NCBI GenBank assembly: GCA_963575745.1 | Contig: CAUYUJ010000103.1 | Span: 372,001-436,000, forward strand | Reading direction: 5' to 3' | Length of the DNA stretch: 64,000 nt | From: Prorocentrum cordatum | Lineage: Eukaryota | Part shown: piece by piece, positions 16,015 through 27,603 of the stretch | Numbering within the stretch: position 1 is the first letter of the stretch | How the letters are laid out: each line of letters opens with the position of its first letter | The notes under the pieces: model-generated | What the model was told of the DNA's origin: nothing | The model's input: the letters and a program-made list of their open reading frames with translations, nothing else | The model's database searches: none | Translations under genes and position numbers: made by a program

Positions 16015-17150
16015 CGATCGAGGAGCCCAGGTGCTGCTGCGGGACCCGACGCACCCCGCCCACACGTGGCACCACCTCATCTTGTTGCGGCGGCTGCGCG
16101 ACGCGGTGTGGCTGGTCATTTCGGCGCCGGAGGCGGTCGAGAGCGTGGACCTCTCGACGGTGGCGCTGGTAGCGCTTGCGCCAGGGGCCGCGGTGGCCGC
16201 GGGTCAGGCCGGGGATTGCCGGATGTGCGACGACACGGTCGTCGCCAGGCTGCCCGGCCTCCGCGCGCAGGCCGCGCGGCTGGCTGCTGTGCTGGGCGCC
16301 CCCTCGCCCGGCTCGCCCGTGGGCGCCGCCGCCTCGATCGGGCGCGTCGCAGACACCTCGGCCGTCGAGTTCGGCGAGGAAGTGGCCGGCGACATTGTGG
16401 GCAGCCCCGCAACGGGGATGACGCGTGGCCCGGTCGGGCTCGCGCTGGCGGGCCATCCGGGCCGTTGGCTCGCCGTCGAGCTGGTGCCGCGCGCGCAGGT
16501 CGCGGCGCGGCAGCTCGACCAGCACTGCGGCGCGGGGCGCGACGCCAGGATCGCGGCTCCGCCCGCGTCCGACTCAGCGGCGGGCACGCGCCAGCTCGGC
16601 AGCGTGCTCGGCGCCTTTCGGCCCGTCGACCTAGCGAGGGTCCCCGCCTGGCCTCGCGCTGGGCCTCGCGCCGTGGTCGAGCTGGCGAAGGGCATCCACG
16701 GGCTAGGGCTGACAGCCGCCGCGCATCACGCCAGCTGGGTGCGGGCGTCGGGCGCGCACAGCGAGAGCGCCGTGGCCTGGGAGCACAAGTTGCAGCGCCA
16801 GGTTCTCGGGCTGGCGGCGGGGCACGACGGGTTGGGCCCCGCCAGTTGTGCCTCACTCGAGCTCGCGGCGCGGCGCGTGGTCCAGATCGAGCGCGCTGTG
16901 ATGGCGAACCCCAAGGCGCCCAGCTTCGAGGGCCTGCACCGGATGATCGAGCACGTGCAGGACAGGCAAGGAGGCGCGCAAACGCGGGAGTTCACCGCCC
17001 ACGTGGCGCAGCAGGCCGAGAGCGAGGCTCGCATCTTGAAGCAGAACCGCCTGCTGCGCGAGGAGCTGGAGGCCAAGTGGAAGGACAAGGACAAGGGAGG
17101 ACAGGGGCAAGGACAAGGACAACTAGGGCCAGGGCGCGGCCCCGCCGGCG
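15978..17150 (+). pseudogene. gag-like ORF of the YR retrotransposon (frameshift near 16030; end approximate)
   Basis: MAAPVADVERALTIEEP then QVLLRDPTHPAHTWHHLILL...LELAARRVVQIE...EARILKQNRLLREE...KDKDKGG; position upstream of RT. Confidence 0.65.
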
Positions 17151-17395
17151 CGTGGTCCCAGCGGCCGGCGGGTCTTTCTCTTTGGGGCACTCTTCCGCTC
17201 CCTTGCGCGACTACGGGGGCGAAGACTCCGCTGCGTCAGCAGCCGATCTCGAGACTGGGGCAGGGCACGAACCTTCAAGAGGCGTGGCGCTCTCCGCCCT
17301 GTCTCGGGCGCAACCTCGACGCCCCCTTCTACAAGGGCTTCGAGGCAGTGAACTCGACTTTCGGGCGTGCTCAGCTTGGCAGCGTCGAGCTTTGA

Positions 17396-18830
17396 TGCGT
17401 GTTCGCGCGGCCCTTGCTCCTATGCTCCGGGAGCCGCTGCAGGAGAATGAGGCTGGCGCGCTGTCCGACCTCCTCCACTCTGACGACTTGTACACTCTGA
17501 CTGGGTGCGCCGCGCTGGGCGCCTATGACCCCTCTCGCTTGCGGGTGGCCCGCGGGGATCTGCGCCCAAAGGAGGTGGGCGACATCGCGCCCCCCGAGGC
17601 GGCAGTCTTCATCCGCGGCCCCGCGACCTATATCTCAAGACTGATGCTGCGCTGGCGGCCGACTTGGACGCTGGCGCTCTCCGCGGCCAGCCGCACTGGT
17701 GCCCCGTCCTCAAGGGGTCGCGCCAGACCATGGTCGACTTCCTGGGGGCCCTGCACTCGGGGGGGGCTCCTCACCTGGCGCCAGCGTGCGCGCAGCCGCG
17801 TCGGGTGTTTCTCTGTGAAGAAAAAGGATGGCATGCTGCGCCTGGTGCTGGACGCGCGCTGGACTAACCGCATGTGCCGGAAGGCGCCGCTATCACGCTT
17901 GGCAGCCCCGAGTGCACTGGCGAGGTTGTCCGCTTCGCGCGAGGCCCTGGCGCTAGAGGAGGTCGAGCTGCGGGCCGCAGGTGCGTCCGCTGCTGGCCGA
18001 CGACGCAGGTGCGGACCACGAGCTTTGCGGCTTCAGCGTCGGCCTCACCGACGGTTTCTACCAGTTCAAGAGCGAGCGGATGGCGAGTTACTTCGGCCTG
18101 GACTTCGCTCTCCGTCGACGAGATCGAGGCCGTGTTCGGGATTGTCTTGCGAGACATCTTCGACGAGCTGGAGTGCGGGCCCAGCCCGGTCTCACCGCGC
18201 GAGCGCCTCGAGGCGTGCTTCCTCGGCATGGCGATGGGCTGGAGCTGGGCGCTCCACTTCTGCAACGAAGCGATCAGCGACGTCATGCGGGGCGCGCTTG
18301 AGACGCTCGGGCTCCCGCGCACGCCGGTGGGGGACCGCCAATATCCTGCCGCCCGCCACCCCTGGGCTCCCGCCATGGCCCCCTGCGTCGACAACGCGAA
18401 CACGTTGGCACTTGGGGCCGATCACGGCCGGGCGGTCTTCAAGGTCGTGGTGGAGGGGCTCGAGGCGCGCGGCTTGGTGCTGCAAGACCATGTGGACGCT
18501 GCCCCCCGCTTCGAGTTCCTGGGCATGGTGCTGGACGGCCCCGCTCGACGCCCACGACGCACTCCGAGGCGTAGCTGGCGACTCTGGCTGGCCCTGGGTC
18601 ATGTACTTCGGTCGCGACGATGCTCGGGCGACGGTCTTCGCGTCTTGCTCGGCCACCTCTGTCATCATTTCGGCCTCGGGCCCGCCTGTCTCAGCTGCTT
18701 GCAGAGCGTCTACCGCTTCACGTTCGACCACCTGGGCCAGGTCAAGATGGTGCCAGCCGAGGTGTGGGGCGAGCTCTGGGCGCGCCGCGCCCTCGTGCTC
18801 TTCGTCGACGCCAACCTGGACCGCGGCTTC
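17396..18830 (+). pseudogene. Reverse transcriptase (DIRS-like), several frameshifts, catalytic motifs degenerate
   Basis: CFSVKKKDGMLRLVLDARWTN; VGLTDGFYQF (DLxDxFYQ-like); MAMGWSWALHFC; PCVDN (YxDD-like); FEFLGMVLD. Confidence 0.88.
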
Positions 18831-19500
18831 TACCATCGCGTCTTCAGCTCGGACTCCTCGGGCGGAGGGCGCGGCGGCTTCGCGCTCCACGAGACGCCGG
18901 CCAGCGCCTTGCGGCTGGGCTCGGCCACTGGAAGGAGCGCCAGCGGTTTTGCGAGGTGCTCCGGGCCGGCTTTCGGGGGCCCGGCTCCGCGCCCAGCGCT
19001 GCGGCGGCGGTGGCGGCTGAGCCAGGCGCCGAATGGGCTGACGGCTTTGCTGGCCCAGTGCAGAGCGATTCGCGGCGGCCCGACGCGTCGCTGAGCGTGG
19101 TGGAGCGCTCGCGTCGCGAGGTTGCCTGCAACCAGGAGGGCATCCCGAGCGCCTCGCGCTGGATCACCCATCCCGGTCGGTGGCGACTCGTGCCGGTCGG
19201 GGCGTGGAGCGGCCCAAGCGTGACACTTCCGATCCACGTCTTGGAGTGCCGCACGTCGCTCATGGGCCTCCGGCGGGCCGCCGTCTCGACCGCCGCGGAG
19301 GACACGGTGGTGGTCTCGCTGGGGGACGACATGGCGGACGTGTTGTCGACGGAGCGTGGGCGGGCTTCGGACTTTGGCCTCAACGCGCTGTGCCGGCAGT
19401 CCTGTGCGTGGCAGCTCGCGGCTGGGCTCGACTGGCGGCGTCGCTGCATCGAGTCTTCTCGGCGCGTCTCGGATCACGACTCGCGCCGAGCTCATCGGGG
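18831..19500 (+). pseudogene. RNase H domain (DIRS type), frameshifted
   Basis: VFSSDSSGGG..GFA; PIHVLECRTSLMGL; VVSLGDDM...RGRAS; RRCIESSRRVSDHDSR follow the D-E-D-D pattern. Confidence 0.8.
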
Positions 19501-19699
19501 AGAGTTGCAGCCTGGCGACATCTTCGCCCCCCCGGCCAAGCAGCGCAGCATGGATTGGCAGCGCTGCGCCGCGGTGGCCGGCCAGCTACAGGCTCGCAGT
19601 CGGCCCCGACCCGTCGTCAGCCCGCCGCCGCCTCCATCGCAGCAGGCGACTGGCGGCAGAGGGGTCCAGTGCGCAGACCGGGTGGCGGCCCCCGCTGCC

Positions 19700-20350
19700 C
19701 GGCGTTTTTTTTTTTTTTTTTTTTTTTTTTGGGGGGGGGGGGGGGTATTTTTTTGTTGTTTGCTCTCTCAGTGTGCGGCCCCTCCAGGCAGGACTGGCGG
19801 TCGCCTGCCCCGTCGAGGTAACAGACGGAGCCCATCTCGACCTCTTGGACCCCAAAGTGATCAGCTTGGTGCTCCAGTGGATCTCTCAGGGCCGCGTCTG
19901 GAACGTTCGTTTCGGCGCCCCTTGGGGGCCGCGCATTCTGGGGCGGCCGTCTTGGGGCGCGAGTGCGCGGGCGTCTCGGCGAGGTTCTTGAGGGCAATAC
20001 AAAAGGCATCTCGGAGGCACGCGACATGCATTACGGTCGAGAACCCGGTTTCTTCAGCTCTGTGGAATTGGGATCCTATGGCCTCTGTCCTCAAGTCCCT
20101 CAATGCCGAGTTCGTCTCGTTCGACATGTGTAGGTTCGGGACCCCCTACAAGAAGCCCACGAGGTTTTCCTTCACGCTCCTTCAGCTGAATGAGTTTATT
20201 GATCTTCGGTGCGCGTGCTCGGGGCCTCATTTGACCATGCAGAGTCAGGTCACGACCCCGTGCTTTGGCAAGTCTCGCAGCGCGTGGCTCACCGAGCTGG
20301 CTGGGAAGTACCCCCCACGCCTCTGCGCGGGCGTGGCGCAGTGTGCGCGG
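19700..20350 (+). pseudogene. C5 cytosine DNA methyltransferase-like domain, degenerate
   Basis: AGLAVACPVEVTDGAHLDLLDPKV..WISQGRVWNVRFGAPW (motif IV G-x-P-C with C>W), ITVENPVSSALW (motif VI-like), FDMCRFGTPYKKPTRF (motif VIII-like); expected FxGxG position is occupied by a polyT/polyG run at ~19706-19755. Confidence 0.62.
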
Positions 20351-20926
20351 CTGTCGGCGCCCGCCCTCGCGACTCTCGGCCATGGCGCACCCGCTTGGAG
20401 CTGGACAGCCGTGGAGGCCGCCGTCCGAGCCCGGCAGCCGCTCCCCTGGTTACGTCCGCCTCGATGTCTGGCCAGAATGGTTTTTGGCTGGTGGCGGGCT
20501 GCCGGCTCCTGGGGCGCACGCTGCCCCCCTGAATGGGCCCGCGTCCCACGTCGGCCCTGGCCGTTGGAACTCCGAGGCCGACCAAGCGAAGTTCCGAGGC
20601 GATCGACGTCGAGGCCGAGCCGCCCGCGGTTGCCCCGAAGGTCAAGCGTGTCCTGCAGCCGACGTCGAAGCGCGTGGCCAGGCCCGCCGCCGCCGCCCCG
20701 CCCTCGGTGACCGACGCTGCGCTCGTGGCGGTGCCGGGGCGTCGGAGCGCTCGCGGAGGCCTGCCGCGGCGGACGTGCCCTCGCCAAAGGCTGCGACCAG
20801 GATCGCTCGCAGGCAGGTCGAGGGGGCGGCCGGGCCGAGCCTGATGCTCTCGGACCTCGCGCAGGTGGAGGTGCGCTCAGTGTCGGACGAGACGCCCACG
20901 CGTTCGCCGAGTTCGAGCTCCGCGCG

Positions 20927-21880
20927 TTGCAGGCGGGCCACCGGAGGGGGGCGCTCGACGACCGCGACAGCCTGGACCAGGTCGCGGCGGAGTACACCAA
21001 CGACGAGATGTATTTGAAGGGCGCGGACGCGTGGGCGCCGCGCGTGCTGATGTGCGCCATCATCTTCGCCAAGAGCCTGGCCAAGGGCAGCTTGCCTCGC
21101 TGCCGCCGCGCCATCAAGGGCTTCCTGAAGGGCGAGCCGCCGACGTCAGAGGATCCGCGCCCCGTCGAGGCCGCCGCCATCCTGGCCGAGGACCTCTTCG
21201 AGCGCGGCGACCCCGTCGCCGTCGAGTCGGGCCTTGCCTTCCCGGTCCAGTTCGATGCCTTCCTGCGGCCCGGGGAGGCGCTGAAGCTCAAGATGGGGGA
21301 CGCGGTGCTCCCGTCGGCCGCCGGGTACATCGAGACCTGCGTCATCGTCGCCCAGCAAACGCAGAAGGGCCAGGCTCCGACGCGGGGGGCGAAGTCAGGC
21401 GAGTACGACGACACCGCGGTCGTCGGCCTGCCCGGCCTGGGGCCCAGCTTCGCCCCGGCGGTGTTGCAGCACCTCCACAAGCTCACGAAGACGGGGAAGC
21501 TCCTCTTCGAGCCCCTCAACCTGGCCCGCTGCGAGAAAGAACTCAAGGCGGCGGTGGCCAGGTTTCGCCTCGACCACCTCGGGATCACCCCCCGCGGCGC
21601 CCGCCGCGGTGGGCTCGGCACGGCCGCCCGCCGGAACCTCCTCTCGCTTGGCGAGATCAAGAAGCGCGGGCGCTGGTTGACCAGCAAGAGCGTGGCGCGC
21701 TACGAGAAGAAGGGCACTCTGCTGCGCCAGATATCGTTGATGGGCGCGAGGGATGTCGCCCTCGGTGCAGCTCTGCTCGAGATCAAGCGGGGCTCGACCG
21801 CCTCGACGATCGGCTCGCCCGCAGTGCGCATGGCGGCTAACATCGCGAGGATCCGCCGTGGTCAGCAGCTGCGCGACTAA
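20927..21880 (+). CDS. Tyrosine recombinase (phage integrase family) of the retrotransposon
   Basis: FDAFLRPGEALKL (R), AKSGEYDD (K), TPRGARRGG (HxxR with H>R), KKRGRWLTSKSVARYEK (W...Y nucleophile). Confidence 0.88.
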   Translation: MQAGHRRGALDDRDSLDQVAAEYTNDEMYLKGADAWAPRVLMCAIIFAKSLAKGSLPRCRRAIKGFLKGEPPTSEDPRPVEAAAILAEDLFERGDPVAVESGLAFPVQFDAFLRPGEALKLKMGDAVLPSAAGYIETCVIVAQQTQKGQAPTRGAKSGEYDDTAVVGLPGLGPSFAPAVLQHLHKLTKTGKLLFEPLNLARCEKELKAAVARFRLDHLGITPRGARRGGLGTAARRNLLSLGEIKKRGRWLTSKSVARYEKKGTLLRQISLMGARDVALGAALLEIKRGSTASTIGSPAVRMAANIARIRRGQQLRD

Positions 21881-22010
21881 GGCCGGATAGCAGTCTGGTA
21901 GTCCTTCGCCCAATCACGCGGGTGCTTCGAGTTAGCCGCCTGAAGGCCTGGTTTTTATGGCTTGTCCCAATGCCCACCCACCCTGGAGACAAGACCAATA
22001 GTTGGCAGTT

Positions 22011-22710
22011 TGGCAGGATTTCCTTGTCGCTCTTGTTTTTTATGTGTTTATGCCGCTGGATCTGATGTGATCCCGCTCAATGTGGATTCCTCGGCGCGTC
22101 GCCGAGCCTTGAGTCACAAAGATTGGCGCCCCTCGCTCTGCGTCTTTCTTTCTCGTCATGGGCTCATCTCTGTGGCTATGCGCCTGTTCCGCCAGCATCC
22201 GTAATGCCCCCGCCAGCGTCGATAATAATTTCCAGTCTGTGCGCAGTTTATTCAGAGCGGGAAGGGGCTGGTTCCGAAGGCGCCCAGCCCGCCCTCCCCT
22301 TTTTGCCTTTGAACCGATCGCGTTGCTCTGTTGTATGTAGCTGTGCTGGCAGGATTTCCTTTTCGCTCTTGTTGTTTATCTGTTTATGCCGCTGGATATG
22401 ATGCGATCCCGCTCAATGTGGATTCCTCGGCGCGTCGCCGAGCCTTGAGTCACAGGGATCGCTGCCCCTCGCTCTGCGTCTTCCTTTTTCGTCCTGGGCT
22501 CATCCCTGCGGCTGTGCGCCTGTGCCGCCAGCATCCGCAATGTCCCCGCTAGCGTTGATAATAATTTCCAGCATGTACGCAGTTTGATTCAGAGAGGGAG
22601 GGGTTGGTTCCGAAGGCGCCCAGCCCGCCCTCCCCTTTTTGCCTTTGAACCGATCGCGTTGCTCTGTTGTATCTAGCTGTGCTGGCAGGGTTTCCTTTTC
22701 GCTCTTGTTG
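22011..22710 (+). repeat. ~336-bp tandem duplication containing repeats B and A (B1-A2-B2-A3)
   Basis: tggcaggatttcctt at 22011 and 22347; gctcaatgtggattcctcggcgcgtcgccgagccttgagtcaca in both copies and again at ~26377. Confidence 0.92.
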
Positions 22711-22822
22711 TTTTTCCCAACCCTCCTGCGTTGGGTTCTCGTTTTGAATAGAGCACTGCTCGCGCGAACCTTCCTTCCTTCCTTCCCGTCCCTCTCTTCC
22801 CCCCTGCCTTTGGCTTCGCTCG

Positions 22823-25800
22823 TCGCCATCCCTGGGGGGCTGCGATCTGTGAAACTGTCGCCACTTTCGAGGCCTGCTGGGGGGCCCAGCACAGTGGGCA
22901 CTCACTGCAGATGCAAATGAGACCTCGCCATCCCTGGGGGGCTGCGATCTGTGAAACTGTCGCCAATTTCGAGGCCTGCTGGGGGGCCCATCACAATGGG
23001 TACTCACCGCAGATTCAAATGGGAGCTCGCCATCCCTAGGGGGCTGCGATTTGTGAAACTGTCGCCACTTTCGAGGCCTGCTGGAAGGGCCCAGCACAGC
23101 GGGTACCCACCGCAGATTCAAATGGGACCTCGCCATCCCTGGGGGGCTGCGATCTGTGAAACTGGTGCCACTTTCGAGGCCTGCTGGGGGGGGCAGCACA
23201 GTGGGTGCTCTCCGCGGATGCAAATGGGACCTCGCCATCCCTGGGGGGCTGCGATCTGCGAAACTGTCGCCACTTTCGGGGGCTGCTGGGGGGGCCCAGC
23301 ACAGTGGGTACCAACCGCAGACGCAAATGGGACCTCGCCATCCCTGGGTGGCTGCGATCTGCGAAACTGTCGCCACTTTCGAGGCCTGCTGGGGGGGGGC
23401 CAGTACAGTGGGCACTCACCGCAGACGCAAATGGGACCTCGCCATCCCTGGGGTGCTGCGATCTTTGAAACTGTCGCCACTTTCGATGCCTGCTGAGGGG
23501 CCCAGCACAGTGGGTACTCTCCGCAGACCCAAATGGGACCTCGCCATCCCTGGGGGGCTGCGATCGGTAAGCTGTCGCCAGTTCCGAGGGCTGCTGAGGG
23601 GCCCAGCACAGTGGGTATTCACCGCAGATTCAAATGGGAGCTCGCCATCCCTGGGGGGGGGGGGGGGAGCTGCGATCTGTGAAACGTTCGCCACTTTCGA
23701 GGGCTGCTGAGGGGCCCAGCACAGTGAGCATTCTCCGCAGACCCAAATGGGACCTCGCCATCCCTGGGTGGCTGCGATCTGGGAAACTGTCGCCACTTTC
23801 GAGGCCTGCTGGGGGGGGCCCAGCACAGCGGGTACCCACCGCAGATTCAGATTAGACCTCGCCATCCTTGGGGGCTGCGATGTGTGAAACTGTCGCCACT
23901 TTCGATGGCTGCTGAGGGGCACAGCACAGTGGGTACCCTCCGCAGACTCAAATGAGACCTCGCCATCCCTGGGGGGCTGCGATCTGCGAAACTGTCGCCA
24001 CTTTCGAGGGCTGCTGGGGGCCCAGCACAGTGGGTACCCACCGCAGACCCAAATGAGACCTCGCCATCCCTGGGGGGCTGCGATCTGTGAAACTGTCGCA
24101 GCTTTCGAGGCCTGCTGGGGGGCCCAGCACAGTGTGTACCCACGGCAGACTTAGATTAGACTTCGCCATCACTGGGGAGCCCAGCACAGTGGATATTCAC
24201 CGCAGGTGCAAATGGGACCTCGCCGTCCCTCGGGGGCTGCGATCTGTGAAGCTGTCGCCACTTTCGAGGGCTGCGGGGAGGGGCCCAGCACAGTGGGTAC
24301 CCACCGCAGATTCAAATGGGACCTCGCCATCCCTGGGGGGCTGCGATCTGTGAAGCTGTCGCCACTTTCGAGGCCTGCTGGGGGGGGCCCAGCACAGTGG
24401 GTACCAACCGCAGACGCAAATGTGACCTCGCCATCCTTGGGGGGCTGCGATCTGTGAAACTGTCGCCACTTTCGAGGCCTGCCGGGGGGGGCAGCACAGT
24501 GGGTACCCACCGCAGACTCAAGTGTGACCTCGCCATCCCTGGAGGGCTGCGATCAGTGAAGCTGTCGCCACTTTCGAGGGCTGCTGAAGGCACAGCACAG
24601 CGGGTACTCACCGCAGACCCAGATTAGACCAAACCATCCCTGGGGGGGGGGGGCTGCGATCTGTGAAACTGTCGCCACTTTCGAGGCCTGCAAGGGGGGG
24701 GCAGCTTTGTGGGCACCCACCGCAGATTCAGATTTGACCTTGCCATCCCTGGGGGGGCTGCGATCTGCGAAATTGTCGCCACTTTCGAGGGCTGCTGAGG
24801 GGCACGGCACAGTGGGTATTCACCGCAGATTCAAATGTGACCTCGCCATCCCTGGGTGGCTGCGATCTGGGAAATTGTCGCCACGTTCGAGGCCTGCTGG
24901 GGGGGGGCCCAGCACGGCGGGTACCCACCGCAGATTCAGATTACACCTCGCCGTCCCTGGGGGGCTGCGATCTGTGAAACTGGTGCGGCTTTCGATGGCT
25001 GCTGAGGGGCACAGCACAGTGGGTACTCTCCGCAGACTCAAATGGGACCTCGCCATCCCTGGGTGGCTGCGATCTGCGAAACTGTCGCCACTTTCGAGGG
25101 CTGCTGGGGGCCCAGCACAGTGGGTACCCACCGCAGACCCAAATGAGACCTCGCCGTCCCTGGGGGGCTGCGATCTGTGAAACTGTCGCCACTTTCGAGG
25201 CCTGCTGGGGGGCCCAGCACAGTGGGCACCAACCGCAGACCTAGATTAGACCTCGCCATCCCTGGGGAGCCCAGCACAGTGGATATTCACCGCAGATGCA
25301 AATGGAACCTCGCCATCCCTCGGGGGCTGCGATCTGTGAAGCCGCCGCCACTTTCGAGGGCTGCGGGGAGGGGCCCAGCGCAGTGGGTACCCACAGCAGA
25401 TTCAAATGGGACCTCGCCATCCCTGGGGGGCTGCGATCTGTGAAACTGTCGCCACTTTCGAGGCCTGCTGGGGGGGGGCCCAGCACAGTGGGTACCAACC
25501 GCAGACGCAAATGGTACCTCGCCATCCCTGGGTGGCTGCGATCTGTGAAACTGTCGCCACTTTCGAGGCCTGCTGGGGGGCCCAGCACAGCGGGTACCCA
25601 CCGCAGACTCAAATGGAACCTCGCCATCCCTGGAGGGCTGCGATCAGTGAAACTGTCGCTACTTTCGAGGGCTGCTGAAGGCACAGCACAGCGGGTACTC
25701 ACCGCAGACTCAGATTAGACCTTGCCATCCCTGGGGGGGGGGGGGGCTGCGATCTGTGAAACTGGCGCCACTTTCGAAGCCTGCAGGGGGGGGCAGCACA

Positions 25801-26113
25801 GTGGGCACCCACCGCAGCTTCAGATTTGACCTCGCCATCCCTGGGGGGCTGCGATCTGCGAAACTGTCGCCACTTTCGAGGGCTGCTGAGGGGCACAGCA
25901 CAGTGGGTATTCACCGCAAATTCAAATGTGACCTCGCCATCCCTGGGTGGCTGCGATCTGTGAAACTGTCGCCACTTTCGAGGGTTGCTGAGGGGCCCAG
26001 CACAGTGGGTACGCACCGCAGACTCACACTAGACCTTGCCATCCTTGGGGGGCTGCGATCTGTGAAACTGTCGCCACTTTCGAGGGCTGCTGATGGGGCA
26101 CAGCACAGTGGGT
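22823..26113. repeat. ~102-bp satellite, ~32 units, with an ~1090-bp higher-order repeat
   Basis: Unit ctcgccatccctggggggctgcgatctgtgaaactgtcgccactttcgaggcctgctggggggcccagcacagtgggtacccaccgcagattcaaatgggac; starts at 22924, 23026, 23129, 23231; the same 57-bp deleted unit at ~24162 and ~25252. Confidence 0.96.
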
Positions 26114-26346
26114 TTCCCGCACGTTTTTCTCCGGCTTTTCGTTCCCGACTCCACATATCCTCTTCGAGCGTGTAGTTGTCGCCCCTCGTTCTTGTATGGT
26201 TCTCCTGCGCATCATGCCATAGGCGCGTGTCCCAAGTAGCTTACAGATCAAATAACGAATCCTGCAATTTGATTGTCCGTGCAAGTTTCGGCCCACTCCT
26301 GGTTTCCCATGATACAAATGGGTTGGGTACGTCACAGGGCAATTTC

Positions 26347-26524
26347 TGTGTATGCCGCTGCATATGATGCGACCCCGCTCAATGTGGATTCCTCGGCGCG
26401 TCGCCGAGCCTTGAGTCACAGAGATTGGTACCCCTCGTTCTGCGTCGTGCTTTCTCGTCCTGGGCTCATCGCTGTGGCGATGCGCCTGTTCCGCCAGCAT
26501 CCGCAATTCCCCCGCTAGCGTTGA
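26347..26524 (+). repeat. Third copy of repeat B
   Basis: tatgccgctg...caatgtggattcctcggcgcgtcgccgagccttgagtcaca...ccagcatccgcaa...ccgctagcgttga matches ~22384-22558. Confidence 0.92.
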
Positions 26525-26554
26525 GAATCATGAATAATCGGGGTATTGATCTTA

Positions 26555-26790
26555 GTAATAGTAGTAGTCGTAGTAGTAGTAGTAGTAGTAGTAGTAGGAG
26601 GAGGAGTAGTAGTAGTAGTCGTAGTAGTAGTAGTAGTAGTAGTCGTAATAGTAGTAGTAGTAGTAGTAGTCGTCGTCGTCGTCGTCGTCGTCGTAGTAGT
26701 CGTAGTAGTCGTAGTAGTCGTAGTAGTCGTTGTAGCAGTAGTAGTAGTAGTAGTCGTAGTAGTAGTAGTAGTAGTAGTAGTAGCAGTAGC

Positions 26791-26862
<72 letters not shown>

Positions 26863-26917
26863 CGTAGTCGTAGTCGTAGTCGTAGTCGTAGTCGTATTTG
26901 TAGTAGTCGTAGTAGTC

Positions 26918-26954
<37 letters not shown>

Positions 26955-27405
26955 GAGTAGGAGTAGGAGTAGTAGTAGTAGTAGTAGTAGTAGTTGTAGT
27001 TAGTCGTAGTCGTAGTCGTAGTCGTAGTCGTAGTCGTAGTCGTAGTCGTAGTCGCCGTCGTAGTCGTTAAGTCGTAGTCGGTAGTCTAGTCGTAGTCGTA
27101 GTCGTAGTTGTAGAGTCGTAGTCGGCAAGTCCGTAGTCGTAAGTCGTAGTAGTAGTTAGTAGTAGTAGTAGTGTGTAGTCGTAGTAGTAGTAGTAGTAGT
27201 CTTATAGTCGTAGGTAGTAGTAGTAGTAGTAGTAGTCGTAGTAGTAGTAGTAGTAGTAAGTAGTAGTAGTCGTAGTCTAGTCTAGTAGTAGTCGTAGTCG
27301 TAGTCGTAGTCGTAGTCGTCTCGTGGTCGTCGGGTAGTCGTAGCCGTAGTAGTAGTAGTAGTAGTAGTAGTATAGTCGTAGTAGTAGTCGTAGTATAGTG
27401 TAGTC

Positions 27406-27443
<38 letters not shown>

Positions 27444-27484
27444 TAGTAGTAGTCGTAGTAGTCTTAGTAGTCGTAGTAGTAGTC

Positions 27485-27554
<70 letters not shown>

Positions 27555-27603
27555 CGTAGTAGTAGTAGTAGTAGCCGTCGTAGTGGTAGTAGTAGTGGTA
27601 GTA
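26555..27603. repeat. (GTA)n/(GTAGTC)n microsatellite
   Basis: Direct inspection. Confidence 0.97.

Larger units (their letters stand above)
15508..26524 (+). mobile_element. Tyrosine-recombinase retrotransposon (DIRS/Ngaro-like) with split direct repeats; degenerate; 3' limit uncertain (~22710 or 26524)
   Basis: gag-like, RT, RNase H, MTase-like and YR in order on +; repeat A at 15508, 22228, 22564; repeat B at 22011, 22347, 26347; (GTA)n on both sides. Confidence 0.85.

Noticed and set aside
16066..19020. 984-aa ORF as one real protein
   Set aside because: Only ~17396-17960 reads as RT-like; the rest is an Arg/Gly/Ala-rich off-frame reading of GC-rich DNA
19706..19755. Intrinsic terminator or polyA-tail remnant
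   Set aside because: The polyT/polyG run lies inside a coding remnant with no stem; more likely homopolymer expansion or sequencing error
20927..21880. Prophage or integron integrase, or bacterial contamination
   Set aside because: It follows gag-RT-RNase H within split direct repeats, and no phage genes or attC-like cassettes are present
22823..26113. CRISPR array or repeat-protein gene
   Set aside because: The whole unit is repeated with no unique spacers; frames are broken by G-run indels, with no start or stop context
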